Origin: a virus
Taxonomy: Duplodnaviria > Caudoviricetes
Virus record (IMG/VR): IMGVR_UViG_2974723664_000001
Location: 10,097-74,096 of that record
Reading direction: 5' to 3' (one strand)
Length of the DNA: 64,000 nucleotides
The notes below the pieces were generated by a model. It ran no database searches, was not told the DNA's origin, and saw only the letters and a list, made by a program, of their open reading frames with translations. The position numbers and the translations under genes are program-made. This document shows positions 7,109-16,387 of this stretch, piece after piece. Numbering within the stretch: the stretch's first letter is position 1; each line of letters opens with the position of its first letter.

Positions 7109-7642
7109 ATGGCTAAGGATTATTACGACCTAGAGGCGAGAATCATGGCCATGGATGCTGCTTCCAACGCGCACATCACTAAGTCGATGATAGGGATGGG
7201 GCGCATCCACCAGAAAGATCGACTTGAACGCTTGCTGGACTTGTATGGTACGCCCCAGTTCGGTAAGGAATATCAACAAGCATCCCACGCAGAGGGGCTA
7301 TCCCACCACGGGATAAAAATCCTGCGTGCTGTTGAAGCATTGTGGATGCCTGACATCATCAAGCTACAGGGTCAGATTGCAGCCGCCGAGCGAGAAGAAT
7401 CCAATCGCAGACGCCTGGAAATGCTCAGAGAAGCAGAGCAGAGGATGAGTGGTAAGTTGTTTAATAACGTCTTCTTGGATTCCGTCCAGGATGGCGGCTG
7501 GTACGAACAAGCAGACCAGATAGCCAAGCTGTTTGAGCCGCCCAAGCAAGCAACTATCGAACCCCAACAGCAGCAACTACCCGAACCTAAGCCTCCTGCC
7601 AAGAAAGGCTTCCCTTGGTTCTTTGGAAAAAGGAGATGGTAA
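7109..7642 (+). CDS. hypothetical protein
   Basis: AAGGAG SD, 177-aa ORF. Confidence 0.75.
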   Translation: MAKDYYDLEARIMAMDAASNAHITKSMIGMGRIHQKDRLERLLDLYGTPQFGKEYQQASHAEGLSHHGIKILRAVEALWMPDIIKLQGQIAAAEREESNRRRLEMLREAEQRMSGKLFNNVFLDSVQDGGWYEQADQIAKLFEPPKQATIEPQQQQLPEPKPPAKKGFPWFFGKRRW

Positions 7643-7842
7643 TGCGTCATCGTTTTCTCATGCCCATGCCTGCTGGGCAAGCAGCCAGCAACACGCTTGG
7701 CCGTATGCGGGAAATGGCTGCCAAGCACGGCTGGAAGCGCAATTGTTCCTTGATCGAGTGGCTGGATAAGCAACTCACCGAAGGGAACCAAGCGAAGCAA
7801 TTGGTCAGCCGCTGGGAAGAAGATTCCCTGAAGGGTCAGTAA
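7642..7842 (+). CDS. hypothetical protein
   Basis: AGGAG SD, TAATG overlap. Confidence 0.65.
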   Translation: MRHRFLMPMPAGQAASNTLGRMREMAAKHGWKRNCSLIEWLDKQLTEGNQAKQLVSRWEEDSLKGQ

Positions 7843-8057
7843 TGACCCGAAGACAAGACCCCTGGAGTGGTAATCACGACCATGACTTCCACTCCAGTCA
7901 TCCCACCAGACTCCAGGAGATACGGGAGCGTACCAATACGCTGATCCCGTACAACTGGACAACCCGGAAGTGTGTGTGCTGTAAGCGTTCACGGAGTCTC
8001 CGGCAATTTAAAGGCGACAGCACCACATGCGTGCGTTGCCCACCACAGGAGCAGTAA
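7842..8057 (+). CDS. small zinc-finger protein
   Basis: CVCC...CVRC. TAATG overlaps on both sides. Confidence 0.7.
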   Translation: MTRRQDPWSGNHDHDFHSSHPTRLQEIRERTNTLIPYNWTTRKCVCCKRSRSLRQFKGDSTTCVRCPPQEQ

Positions 8058-8524
8058 TGCGTACTCCCTTCTTTCGTCCCCGGCCCAAGAAGCCGGTGAA
8101 ACTACCGATCATGTTCCGTGGTTCCAAAGCCATGGAAGACGAACTTCGTTTGGTTCCATTCGCATTCATGGATGCAATCGCACGAGGCGATGGGGATATC
8201 GAAGCATTCCTCACTCTGGTGTTCCGTGTCCTTTGTGGACTGGGAATGTGCCAACACGTAGATCAAGGCGAGGTGGTTCGCCCGCATATCCTGAAGGCAC
8301 TGGGTGCCTTGTGGCATGTCGGTGATCGAATGATCAAGAAGCACCGAGTTGGTTTCAGTGGTGATGAGCGAAACTGTATTCGCTCTGCCCTCGTCATGAT
8401 TGACGACATGCATGTTCTGGTCACACGAAAGGAACACCGAGAGATCATCAGCATCGTCGGCATGCAGGTCGGAGGCACTACCCTCACCATGCAAACGCTG
8501 GAACCCTACAAGGAACACCTATGA
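8057..8524 (+). CDS. hypothetical protein
   Basis: AGGAG SD. Stop overlaps the thyX start. Confidence 0.75.
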   Translation: MRTPFFRPRPKKPVKLPIMFRGSKAMEDELRLVPFAFMDAIARGDGDIEAFLTLVFRVLCGLGMCQHVDQGEVVRPHILKALGALWHVGDRMIKKHRVGFSGDERNCIRSALVMIDDMHVLVTRKEHREIISIVGMQVGGTTLTMQTLEPYKEHL

Positions 8525-9432
8525 GCCAGATCAAGGCAACTGTCATCGCTGACAGCATCAGTCCCCAAGGCATCCGATTGACCACTTTCGAGTTGGTCTA
8601 CCACCGCTACATCCATTCGGAATTCATGACCCATCGCATGGTGTCGAAGAACTCCGCCAGCAGTCGTGCCATTCCCACGGCCAAGCTGCTGGAACAGGTT
8701 CGCACCAGTCCGATGATGCCGCTGCACTGGGGGCAGAACCAAAAGGGAATGCAAGCAGGCCAGGAACTCACGGCCCGTGGTCGTGAAGAAGCCGAGGCGC
8801 GGTGGCTGTGGGCCGCAGGCCAAGCAGCCGACGCAGCCGAAGGCATGCTGGAAGCCGGTCTTCACAAACAGGTGGCCAACCGTGTGCTGGAACCCTTCGT
8901 TGCCATGCGTGTCATCGCTACAGCCACCGAGTGGAACAACTTCTTCCACCTGCGACTGCATCCCGATGCCCAGCCTGAAATCCAGGAACTGGCCAAGCAG
9001 ATGCGTATCGCTCGTGAAGCGGCTACGCCCACTCTGCTGCATCCGGGCATGTGGCATCTGCCGTATGTCACTCCGAAGACCACGGTGGAAGTCCACAACC
9101 ACCTGAAACATGGACGCATCACCCGTGACGAACCCCGTCCGTCTGAAGTACTCACCCTGCTGAAGCAGATCAGCGTGGCTCGTTGTGCTCGTGTCAGCTA
9201 CAACAACTTCGAGGGGCGCCCCAGCACCATCGAAGAGGACCTGGCACTGTTCGATAAGTTGGTTGGCAGCAGTCCCCTGCACGCCAGTCCGACGGAACAT
9301 CAGGCATCCCCGGATAGCCGAATGCAACTAGACAGCGGCGAATACGACTGGATGTCACCGCAACTGCACGGCAACCTGAAGGGCTGGATTCAGTATCGCA
9401 AGATGCTGTCTGGCGAAAACGTTCCCGGTTAA
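8521..9432 (+). CDS. thyX: flavin-dependent thymidylate synthase (phage ThyX type)
   Basis: EFMTHRMVSKNSASSRA, HKQVANRVLEPF, AQPEIQELA, ARCARVSY, HASPTEHQA. Confidence 0.92.
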   Translation: MSQIKATVIADSISPQGIRLTTFELVYHRYIHSEFMTHRMVSKNSASSRAIPTAKLLEQVRTSPMMPLHWGQNQKGMQAGQELTARGREEAEARWLWAAGQAADAAEGMLEAGLHKQVANRVLEPFVAMRVIATATEWNNFFHLRLHPDAQPEIQELAKQMRIAREAATPTLLHPGMWHLPYVTPKTTVEVHNHLKHGRITRDEPRPSEVLTLLKQISVARCARVSYNNFEGRPSTIEEDLALFDKLVGSSPLHASPTEHQASPDSRMQLDSGEYDWMSPQLHGNLKGWIQYRKMLSGENVPG

Positions 9433-9445
9433 ATCGGGTTGTTTG

Positions 9446-9473
9446 GAGAGGGCATCCGCCCTCTTTTCTTTTT
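9446..9473 (+). terminator. intrinsic terminator
   Basis: AGAGGGC-ATCC-GCCCTCT followed by TTTCTTTTT. Confidence 0.8.
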
Positions 9474-9494
9474 ATCCACTCATGGAGAATTCAA

Positions 9495-12050
9495 ATGCAG
9501 GTAACTCACGAGAATTCCAACATCACCCACGTCGCCATGGGTGGACTGGAAGCTATCGAATGTGGCATCACTGGTGATGCACACTTCATGCACATGCTGT
9601 CCGCGTCTCTTTACAAAGACCAGCAACTCGCCATGGTCCGCGAGACGGTGTGCAATGCTCTTGATGCTCACATCATGGTCGGAAAGACCGATCCCATCGA
9701 GATCACGCTCAACAACGAAGAACTGATCATCAAGGACTTCGGACCCGGCATCGCTCATGACATGATCGGCCCGATCTATGGCGTGTATGGAGCCAGTACC
9801 AAGAAGAACGACGGCAAGCAGACCGGTGGCTTCGGCCTGGGCTGCAAGTCGCCCTGGTCTTACACGGACACCTTCGAGGTCATCTCCTGCCACGAAGGTA
9901 AGAAAGCCGTCTACCAGATGACCAAATCGTCTGCCGAGAAGGCAGGCAAGCCGAGCATCAAACCCATCGTGGCCAATTTGCCTACGACGGAAACCGGCAT
10001 CACGGTCAAGATTCGCATGAAGAGCTGGGCAGACTCCGGCGAGATCATGAAGAAGCTGCGCAACGTGCTGTACTACGGTGGCATCCCCTGCATCCTCAAC
10101 GGGAAGCTGGTGGAGACCATCGAGTACGAAAAGATGGTCAGCAACTGGGTGGTAGTCAACCACCGGGAAAGCAACTTGAACCGTCCGTTGCTGATGGTCC
10201 GTTATGGCAACGTGACGTACCCCATCACCGAGCACGCTGCATACCAGAAGCAGATGCGCGTGATCAGCCAGTTCATGAAGAACCTGCCCACCTGCAATAC
10301 CGGGTACGCCATGATCTTCCAGGCTCCCCCGGACTCCTTGGCTCCCACCCCGAGCCGAGAAGAACTGTCCATGATCGACATGACCGTCGATACCTTGAGC
10401 AAGCTATTGCAGGTATTCGTGGACGAACTGAACCAAGACGGCCAAACACTGGTGGAAGAACGGGCCTTGGCTCGCATTCGTGCTGCCGGTGAAGCGAACG
10501 TCAATGACCTGCTGGAATTCGGTGAAGTCGTCCCGAAGCGGAAGGGCTACGAACTGATCTCGTCGCAGAGCTACTACGACACCAAGCTGGCACGCCCCAT
10601 CACCGAACTCGGTGACTTGGCAGACCTGACGATTGACAATACCTACCCGGGTCGTCATATCCCAGGCTTCCGTAAGAAGGACCTGTCCACTCGCTTCGAG
10701 GTTGTGAAGAAAAAGCTCAAGAGCCAATGGAATGATCGTCTGCTCAAGAGCTACGAGAAGGCATTCGCCTCCAGCTACGGTGATCAGAGCAAGATGCAAC
10801 GCCAATGGGCCACCAGGAATGTACTGGGTTGGTTCGTGAAGAAGATGCTGAAGCACGCCCCCAACATGAAGATGTCCGAACTCTACGTGCTGGGGCAAGG
10901 AAGCCACAACAGCTACCGATATCGTTATTCGGAACTGTCGAATGTCCTGGTGGAGTTCAACCAGTTCTGTCCGGCTGGCTTCTACCACATGCTGCCGTTC
11001 CTCTTCAACCGAGTGATCCTGACCCACAGCCGAACCACCATCGTGGACCGTATGTGGAGCCACAAGGACTACCGCCACACTCCGGGCCGTGCATTCGGTT
11101 CCATCGTGGTGGTATTGCCCCGCTCTCCCAAGCGTGTGCAAGAAGCCAGGGACTTCCTGTCCACCATTGGTGCCTCGGTCATCGACATGACCAGCATCCA
11201 TGAGTGGGAGGCGGATGCGTTCAAACCCAAGGCACGTCCGGCCAAGGACCCCAATGCTCCGAAGGCACCGAAGCGTGTCAAGAAGAAGGGCTTCCTGTGT
11301 CTGGCTGCTGCGGTGAACGAACACGGTACTTACCAACCGTATGAGTTCGCTCGTGACAACCCGGATGCTATCCGCATCGAAGTCCCGAAGTTCCAGGTCA
11401 CTCTTCGTGGAAAGTCCCGCGATGGATACGACCACACTCTGGGCGACTTCCGGCTGCATGACTCCAGGCTGATCGCAAGGCTGTATGGCGAGTATGGTGC
11501 CATCTGCCAGAAACAGACGGAGATCGAAGCGGCAGAGAAGTTGGGTGCTGGAAATATTGAACCCTGGGTCCTGGACCGAGTGTTCAAGGAAATGAAGACC
11601 AACAAGCGTATCCGTCATCACCTGATGTACTCCATCGGGAAGGTACGCAGGCTCACCGCAAACGAACTCGGTGTGGGCGGAATGTTGTCTTTCCTGCTGG
11701 ACGATCCTGTTCTGTGCGGGCACTACAAGATGCAGAACCAACTCTCCAAGAGAGATGAACTGCTGCTGGCACTCTACGAGAGTATCAGCGAGGCTGTTGC
11801 CGATCCCTGGGGACGTTTCCGTCACCAACCCGGTAATCAGAAGCGTGCTCAGGAATGGAAGAAGCTGGCTGAGGTGTTGGCCGCTATTCCACCGGCCCCC
11901 CATCTGGTTTCATTGGCTCAGAAACTTGTGGGTAATGTGCAAGTCGAGCTACTCAACACCAGCAATGCTGGCAATCTCCTGCGAAGCAAGGATACGTCCG
12001 ACGAGAAGAAGGACTACATCCGAAACTTCATCATCAACGCCATTGGCTAA
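9495..12050 (+). CDS. rIIA: rIIA-like protein (N-terminal GHKL ATPase)
   Basis: RETVCNALDAH, DFGPGI, GGFGLGCKS GHKL motifs, SREELS. Precedes rIIB. Confidence 0.9.
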   Translation: MQVTHENSNITHVAMGGLEAIECGITGDAHFMHMLSASLYKDQQLAMVRETVCNALDAHIMVGKTDPIEITLNNEELIIKDFGPGIAHDMIGPIYGVYGASTKKNDGKQTGGFGLGCKSPWSYTDTFEVISCHEGKKAVYQMTKSSAEKAGKPSIKPIVANLPTTETGITVKIRMKSWADSGEIMKKLRNVLYYGGIPCILNGKLVETIEYEKMVSNWVVVNHRESNLNRPLLMVRYGNVTYPITEHAAYQKQMRVISQFMKNLPTCNTGYAMIFQAPPDSLAPTPSREELSMIDMTVDTLSKLLQVFVDELNQDGQTLVEERALARIRAAGEANVNDLLEFGEVVPKRKGYELISSQSYYDTKLARPITELGDLADLTIDNTYPGRHIPGFRKKDLSTRFEVVKKKLKSQWNDRLLKSYEKAFASSYGDQSKMQRQWATRNVLGWFVKKMLKHAPNMKMSELYVLGQGSHNSYRYRYSELSNVLVEFNQFCPAGFYHMLPFLFNRVILTHSRTTIVDRMWSHKDYRHTPGRAFGSIVVVLPRSPKRVQEARDFLSTIGASVIDMTSIHEWEADAFKPKARPAKDPNAPKAPKRVKKKGFLCLAAAVNEHGTYQPYEFARDNPDAIRIEVPKFQVTLRGKSRDGYDHTLGDFRLHDSRLIARLYGEYGAICQKQTEIEAAEKLGAGNIEPWVLDRVFKEMKTNKRIRHHLMYSIGKVRRLTANELGVGGMLSFLLDDPVLCGHYKMQNQLSKRDELLLALYESISEAVADPWGRFRHQPGNQKRAQEWKKLAEVLAAIPPAPHLVSLAQKLVGNVQVELLNTSNAGNLLRSKDTSDEKKDYIRNFIINAIG

Positions 12051-12059
12051 GGAAACACC

Positions 12060-13652
12060 ATGCAGCAATCCACTCCCCTGACCATCGTGGTCTGCGCGTT
12101 CGTCCTGGACCAACGCGAACTGACCCTGTACTCGCCGACCGGTGAGTCCGTGGTCATCAAGCAGGGTGATCCCCGTGTCGCTCCCATCCTCGAAAAGATT
12201 CAGCCGTTCATGGCTGCTCAACAGACGGTGGAAGTGAACCTGGGCGAGCACCACACTCCCACTCCCACGCCGGTCATCTCGGAAGAAGAGAACGGCAACT
12301 ATTTCGGTGAAGCCGAGAAGAAGTCCGGTGGCGTCGTCCGCTTCTTCCGTGTGGCCCGTTCGGCTGTCCGCAAGTTCTTCGGAGCCAAGGACACCCCGAC
12401 CACTCCGGTGCAAGACGAACAGCCCAAGGTGGAAATCCTGGCTCCGTGCCAGGGTGGCGTCATTCCCTCCAAGGAACAAGCCGCCATCGAAGAAGTCATG
12501 GCCAACGCCATTCCCTCGTCGTCGCCGGACTTCAAGGTCCCGGCCGGTGCTGAAGCCGATGACACCACGGGTGATACCGTGGTCGCCGTCGTCGGTGACA
12601 CGCTGATCCCGAACGTGGAGGCCCTGGCTCCCCAGATCAAGCACGCCGTGAAGTCCAACAGCACCATCGGCGTTCAACGTCTGATGGAGCGCATCGCTGC
12701 TGTCGCCAAGAAGCGCCATCACTCGGTGGAAGACCTCATGAAGTTCATGCGTCTGGGCGACCTGCCGGTCAACGACAACGGGGATATCGTTGCCTTCAAG
12801 GCACTGAAGACCCGTTCGTTCGGCAACCGCTACGACGAACGCTTCAAGTGGGCTGACATCCACTCGGGCAACGTTCCGCAACGCCTGGGTTCCCTCGTCT
12901 ACATGGACGAGTCCCTGGTGGACCCGGATCGCCGCAACGACTGCTCCAACGGCCTGCACATCGCCAGCCGCTCGTACCTGAGCGGATTCCGTGGTGACGT
13001 GTGCGTCGTGGTGCTAATCCGCCCGGAAGACGTGATCGCCGTCCCCGAGTACAGCCACAACAAGATGCGGGTGTGTGCCTACCACATCGTGGCCGAACTC
13101 AGCAGGGACCAGTACCAGAAGCTCCTGGCCGACAAGTCGTTCACCGACGACAAGGAAGGCCAACTGCTGCTGGGCCGCATCATGGAAGGTCGCCACATCC
13201 CGGTGACCAACAAGGTGCGGATCACGGCTGAACGCGGTGGCGGCATCGTCATCGAAGACGTGGACAAGACGGCATCCGTCCCCGATATCCAGCCGGAAAA
13301 CGCTCCGGTCCCGGAGAAGCCCTCCAAGGCTCCGAAACGTCTGGCCACGTCCCTCGACAACCCCAACGTCAAGAAAACGGCACAGCGGCCCACTACGCAA
13401 GCCGCAGCGGCACCCGTGGCCGTCAAGGATGTGCTGAAGAAGGCGGACACTCTCAAAAAGGGTGGTCAAGTAGCCCAAGCTGCTGAACTGTTCAAGGCAT
13501 TCACCGATGCCAAGACCAAGCAAGCGGAAAAGGACGCTGCCCAGGCTCTGCTGGACTTCAAGAAGAAGGCCAAGAAGGGTTGGGCCGTCCTGGGCCTGCC
13601 GGAAGACACCGGCACGGAGTTGACGAAGGTGGTCAGCCCCAAGCTGCCCTGA
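12060..13652 (+). CDS. rIIB: rIIB-like protein
   Basis: GDIVAFK, DPDRRNDCSNGLH, PEDVIAVPEY.HNKMRVCAY. Confidence 0.9.
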   Translation: MQQSTPLTIVVCAFVLDQRELTLYSPTGESVVIKQGDPRVAPILEKIQPFMAAQQTVEVNLGEHHTPTPTPVISEEENGNYFGEAEKKSGGVVRFFRVARSAVRKFFGAKDTPTTPVQDEQPKVEILAPCQGGVIPSKEQAAIEEVMANAIPSSSPDFKVPAGAEADDTTGDTVVAVVGDTLIPNVEALAPQIKHAVKSNSTIGVQRLMERIAAVAKKRHHSVEDLMKFMRLGDLPVNDNGDIVAFKALKTRSFGNRYDERFKWADIHSGNVPQRLGSLVYMDESLVDPDRRNDCSNGLHIASRSYLSGFRGDVCVVVLIRPEDVIAVPEYSHNKMRVCAYHIVAELSRDQYQKLLADKSFTDDKEGQLLLGRIMEGRHIPVTNKVRITAERGGGIVIEDVDKTASVPDIQPENAPVPEKPSKAPKRLATSLDNPNVKKTAQRPTTQAAAAPVAVKDVLKKADTLKKGGQVAQAAELFKAFTDAKTKQAEKDAAQALLDFKKKAKKGWAVLGLPEDTGTELTKVVSPKLP

Positions 13653-13681
13653 TTGGTTCCATGGGGGTAACTCTGTAGAAT
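13653..13681 (+). promoter_or_regulatory. sigma70-like promoter
   Basis: TTGGTT-N17-TAGAAT in the intergenic gap before the HTH gene. Confidence 0.5.
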
Positions 13682-13708
13682 AGAGGTATCTTTTACGGAG
13701 ATACCCTC

Positions 13709-14212
13709 ATGGCCAACGTCAACCGCCCGAACCGGAAAGCTTCGGACACGGACATCCTGCGTATGAACTACGTGGGGATGTCCCTTGGCACTATTGCCAA
13801 AACTTTGGGGATACACCCCACCACAGTCACCCTGCGTTTGCAGAACCTTGGGGTTTACCCGGCAGACACACGTCGCACCTTCATGGAAAACGTGCTGACG
13901 CCGCTACCCGAGGATGTGGCTGAATGGCTGGCCGACCAACTCGGCCCAACCTATCAGATTCGTGAGTACGTCCGTGACCTGCTGAAAGCAGCGTATGACG
14001 CACGATTCGATAACCAAAGGACCGCATATGAGCGACACCTTGCAAAATACGGCGGAGTGGTTCCGCCAAGCCTCGCCCACACCTTCCGCCCAGAACCAGT
14101 CCACGCAGATGGGGGTTCACTTCGAGGAAGTGCGGGAGATGCTGATGGAACTGACGCCCCGGACTCCGGAAGCGGCAGCGATCCTGGAAGCGGCGAACAA
14201 TGCCCTGGATAA
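13709..14212 (+). CDS. helix-turn-helix DNA-binding protein (N4 gp35-like)
   Basis: SLGTIAKTLGIHPTTVTLRL HTH, GGAG SD, synteny. Confidence 0.8.
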   Translation: MANVNRPNRKASDTDILRMNYVGMSLGTIAKTLGIHPTTVTLRLQNLGVYPADTRRTFMENVLTPLPEDVAEWLADQLGPTYQIREYVRDLLKAAYDARFDNQRTAYERHLAKYGGVVPPSLAHTFRPEPVHADGGSLRGSAGDADGTDAPDSGSGSDPGSGEQCPG

Positions 14213-14486
14213 TCTGCAAGCCCTGCTGAAGCGTGATGCCACGGCCATCGGCGTCCACCCGAGCAACATTCCGATGTTCCTGGACAGCCTGTGCGATCAG
14301 ATCGTTACGGCGACCGGCGTCGGAACTTTCTTCGGGGTGGATGTACCCGGGGCGATGGCTGAAGTCAATGCCTCGAACTGGTCGAAGTTCGTGGACGGCA
14401 AGCCCGTCCGTGATCCGGTCAGCCAGAAGATTCTGAAAGGCCCGGACTACTTCAAGCCGGACCTGACGAAGTACATCCCGCAGTAA
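14028..14486 (+). CDS. MazG-like NTP pyrophosphohydrolase
   Basis: EEVRE...DSLCDQIV, EVNASNWSKF, KILKGPDYFKPDL. AAGGA SD. Confidence 0.88.
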   Translation: MSDTLQNTAEWFRQASPTPSAQNQSTQMGVHFEEVREMLMELTPRTPEAAAILEAANNALDNLQALLKRDATAIGVHPSNIPMFLDSLCDQIVTATGVGTFFGVDVPGAMAEVNASNWSKFVDGKPVRDPVSQKILKGPDYFKPDLTKYIPQ

Positions 14487-14497
14487 GCCAACCAACA

Positions 14498-14522
14498 GAG
14501 CCTCCCTTCGGGGAGGCTTTGT
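14498..14522 (+). terminator. intrinsic terminator
   Basis: AGCCTCCC-TTCG-GGGAGGCT followed by TT. Confidence 0.8.
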
Positions 14523-14540
14523 CATTCCTGGAACCAAGAG

Positions 14541-15848
14541 ATGGATAAGTCCACAACTACCAAGCCGCTGAATGCAGACCAACAGGCGGCAGCAGAGGGA
14601 TTCTTCAAGTCCCTCTTCGACCCCAACATCAAGGAGATGAACATCAGCGGCCCTGGTGGTGTGGGCAAAACCTTTCTGATGGCACACATCATTGACGAGG
14701 TGATGCCACAGTATGAGGAAGCCTGCAAGCTGATGGGGGTCAAGTCTGAATTCGACACGGTGGTCATGACGGCCACCACGAACAAGGCTGCTGAGGTTCT
14801 GGCTCAAGCCACGAACCGCCCAACCAGCACTATCCAGTCCCACCTGGGGCTGACGATCCGCAACAACTTCCAGACCGGTGAAACCGATCTGATCAAGTCC
14901 CGTAACTGGGACGTGAAGGAGCGACAGATCGTCTTCGTGGATGAAGCCTCCATGATCGATACGAAGCTCCGCTCGTACATTCTGGAAGGCCAGTCCAAGT
15001 CCAAGATCGTCTACGTTGGTGATCACTGTCAGTTGCCTCCGATTAAGGAAGAACTGTCGCCGATCTACACCAACAACCTGCCGATGTTCAAGCTCCTGAC
15101 GCCCATGCGAACGGACAAGCCGGAACTGCTGGCACTGAACCAGATGTACCGAGACATCGTGGAAGGCAAGCGTGACTTCGGCAACATCCAGTGCTACCCC
15201 GGCATCATCGATCACGTCGATGGTGAGCAGATGGAAGAACTGCTGCGGACTCACTTCAATGGTCCCAACAAGAACCGTGTGCTTGCCTACAGCAATCGCC
15301 AAGTGCTGCTGTATACGGATCACATCCGTGAGCAGCAAGGCTATCGAGGAGAGTTCGATATCGGTGAAGAACTGGTCGTGAACCAAGGGTTCCAACGTGG
15401 GCAAGATCGTCTGTCCAACGAGCAAGAAGTCACCATCATCGAGAAGTCGTCCATTCTGGACAACGTTCGCATCGACGTAGACGTGACCCTGGAATGCCGT
15501 CGTGTCGGCCTGGACACCGGTTACGGTGGCGTCATGCACGATGTGCTGCTGCCCATCGACCGTGATCACTACACGGCACTGTGCAAGTATTACGCGAAGC
15601 AGAAGAACTGGGAACGCTACTTCTATCTGAAGGATGGTTTCCCTGACCTGCGAGCCAAGGATGCCTGCACGGTACACAAGGGCCAAGGCTCTTCCTACGA
15701 TACGGTGTTCATCGATCTCGGTGACCTGTCCACCTGCAACAACCCAACCGTTGCAGCCCGCCTGTTCTACGTGGCCGTTTCCCGTGCTCGCAACCGTGTT
15801 GTGATGTACGGCAATCTGGCTCCGAAGTACGGGCAGATAGTTCATTAA
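14541..15848 (+). CDS. SF1B (Dda/RecD-like) DNA helicase
   Basis: GPGGVGKT, TATTNKAA, VDEASMI, GDHCQLPP, TVHKGQGSSY, YVAVSRA. Confidence 0.95.
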   Translation: MDKSTTTKPLNADQQAAAEGFFKSLFDPNIKEMNISGPGGVGKTFLMAHIIDEVMPQYEEACKLMGVKSEFDTVVMTATTNKAAEVLAQATNRPTSTIQSHLGLTIRNNFQTGETDLIKSRNWDVKERQIVFVDEASMIDTKLRSYILEGQSKSKIVYVGDHCQLPPIKEELSPIYTNNLPMFKLLTPMRTDKPELLALNQMYRDIVEGKRDFGNIQCYPGIIDHVDGEQMEELLRTHFNGPNKNRVLAYSNRQVLLYTDHIREQQGYRGEFDIGEELVVNQGFQRGQDRLSNEQEVTIIEKSSILDNVRIDVDVTLECRRVGLDTGYGGVMHDVLLPIDRDHYTALCKYYAKQKNWERYFYLKDGFPDLRAKDACTVHKGQGSSYDTVFIDLGDLSTCNNPTVAARLFYVAVSRARNRVVMYGNLAPKYGQIVH

Positions 15849-15857
15849 GGAGCAGAC

Positions 15858-16379
15858 ATGCAACTGAAGGGAAGTATCCTGAACAACCTGACCAATGCAA
15901 TGGGCATCGTCCAATTGCTGTTCGAGGGCGACAGCCGTCGAATGGATAAGGCTCTGGAGGAACTGGTGTCAGCCAATGACCGGCTGAACAACACACCACC
16001 CTCCGCAGGGTTCATGTTCAACGGGGAGTTTTACATGCGTGCGAACGCATCGAAGGCTCCCATGCACGGTGAACGCCGTGTGTTGCACGAGGACTTGTGG
16101 GACCAGATGATGGAATACCTCAAGGACGTTGCTGCTCTCATCATGGACGTTCACATGATCAACCAGATGACACACCGACTCGTCGGTAAGTGTCAGACGG
16201 AGCAAGACCTCCGGGATGCATTGCCTGATTCCATGGTGATGCTCTCGGATACCCTGAATGCGTTGCCCAGGACTCGTCCTGTGGCGTATACGCTGGAAGG
16301 AGATGAACGGGCGCAGCGACAGTTCGCCAAGGTGAAACCCTTGATGGACACCTATGCTGCCACCCGTCTGCTGTTCTAG
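15858..16379 (+). CDS. conserved N4-like hypothetical protein (gp38-like)
   Basis: Synteny between helicase and polymerase, QDLRDALP motif, AGGAG SD. Confidence 0.8.
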   Translation: MQLKGSILNNLTNAMGIVQLLFEGDSRRMDKALEELVSANDRLNNTPPSAGFMFNGEFYMRANASKAPMHGERRVLHEDLWDQMMEYLKDVAALIMDVHMINQMTHRLVGKCQTEQDLRDALPDSMVMLSDTLNALPRTRPVAYTLEGDERAQRQFAKVKPLMDTYAATRLLF

Positions 16380-16387
16380 GAGGAAGC

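Noticed and set aside
14963-14975. GAAGCTCCGCTCG as an internal vRNAP promoter
   Set aside because: Only a 3-bp perfect stem, and it lies inside the helicase CDS.
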